Assembly: GCA_016189025.1 (NCBI GenBank)
Contig: JACPGS010000005.1
Location: 385 to 64,384, forward strand
Direction of reading: 5' to 3'
Source of the DNA: Candidatus Magasanikiibacteriota bacterium
GTDB lineage: Bacteria > Patescibacteriota > Patescibacteriia > Magasanikbacterales > GWA2-37-8
Length of the DNA: 64,000 nucleotides
Both the position numbers and the translations under genes were made by a program. Shown here in pieces: positions 63,785 to 64,000 of the stretch. Position 1 is the stretch's first letter; each line of letters begins with the position of its first letter. A model generated the notes under the pieces. The model did no database searches. It had not been told where the DNA came from and was given only the letters and a program-made list of their open reading frames with translations.

Positions 63785-64000
63785 GGGAGTGATCGGCTTT
63801 GACAGGAGCGTCTATCGCCATCGGCCTGCCGAGGATGCCACTGATCCCTCGTAAATCACCAGTGGCGCAGCAATACCTGCCAACGTATTTGAGCGGGTAA
63901 AAACCGCTGTGCGCAATGCGTTCAGTCCAGTTTTTGCCCCCGCCCTCGCGTAAGCGAAGGCGTTTCTCCTGATTTAATCAGGAGACATCGCTCCGGGTAA
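63785..64000 (+). ncRNA. ssrA: tmRNA, 5' part
   Basis: Follows smpB; GGGAGTGA..GGCTTTGAC 5' end; tag frame 63879-63953 ANVFERVKTAVRNAFSPVFAPALA*. Confidence 0.88.

Noticed and set aside
1-64000. CRISPR array or diversity-generating retroelement
   Set aside because: No regularly spaced repeat-spacer array, cas gene, reverse transcriptase or adenine-specific TR/VR pair was seen.

Overview
Bacterial chromosome segment; gene content, compact spacing and near-leaderless promoters suggest a Patescibacteria/CPR genome (inference). Housekeeping genes: gatA/gatC, tsaE, rarA, a cardiolipin-synthase-like PLD, a class B PBP, a SUF operon (intein-containing sufB, sufS, sufU, sufC, DUF59), a P-type ATPase, hpf, murB, lexA, mraY, mpl, smpB and tmRNA. 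Accessory content: an island at the 3' end of tRNA-Glu(CTC) with a large serine recombinase, a restriction-modification cassette, and two GC-rich cysteine-repeat surface proteins (one of 2363 aa). The top finding is a protein-free module seen twice with unrelated sequence but the same layout (22418-22676 minus; 58411-58708 plus): promoter, short RNA antisense to three segments of the downstream tRNA, terminator, second promoter, aberrant tRNA whose aminoacylation identity conflicts with its anticodon, terminator. One tRNA has the Ala determinant G3:U70 with a Ser/Val-type loop; the other is an 8/4 Ser-type allo-tRNA with a Val GAC anticodon. I infer a mistranslating-tRNA toxin with an anti-tRNA sRNA antitoxin; this is untested. 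The second finding is an inverted, ordered mosaic of 16-131 bp pieces of the recombinase gene and the far att arm, which would fold an excised single-stranded element into a dumbbell. All alignments were done by eye.
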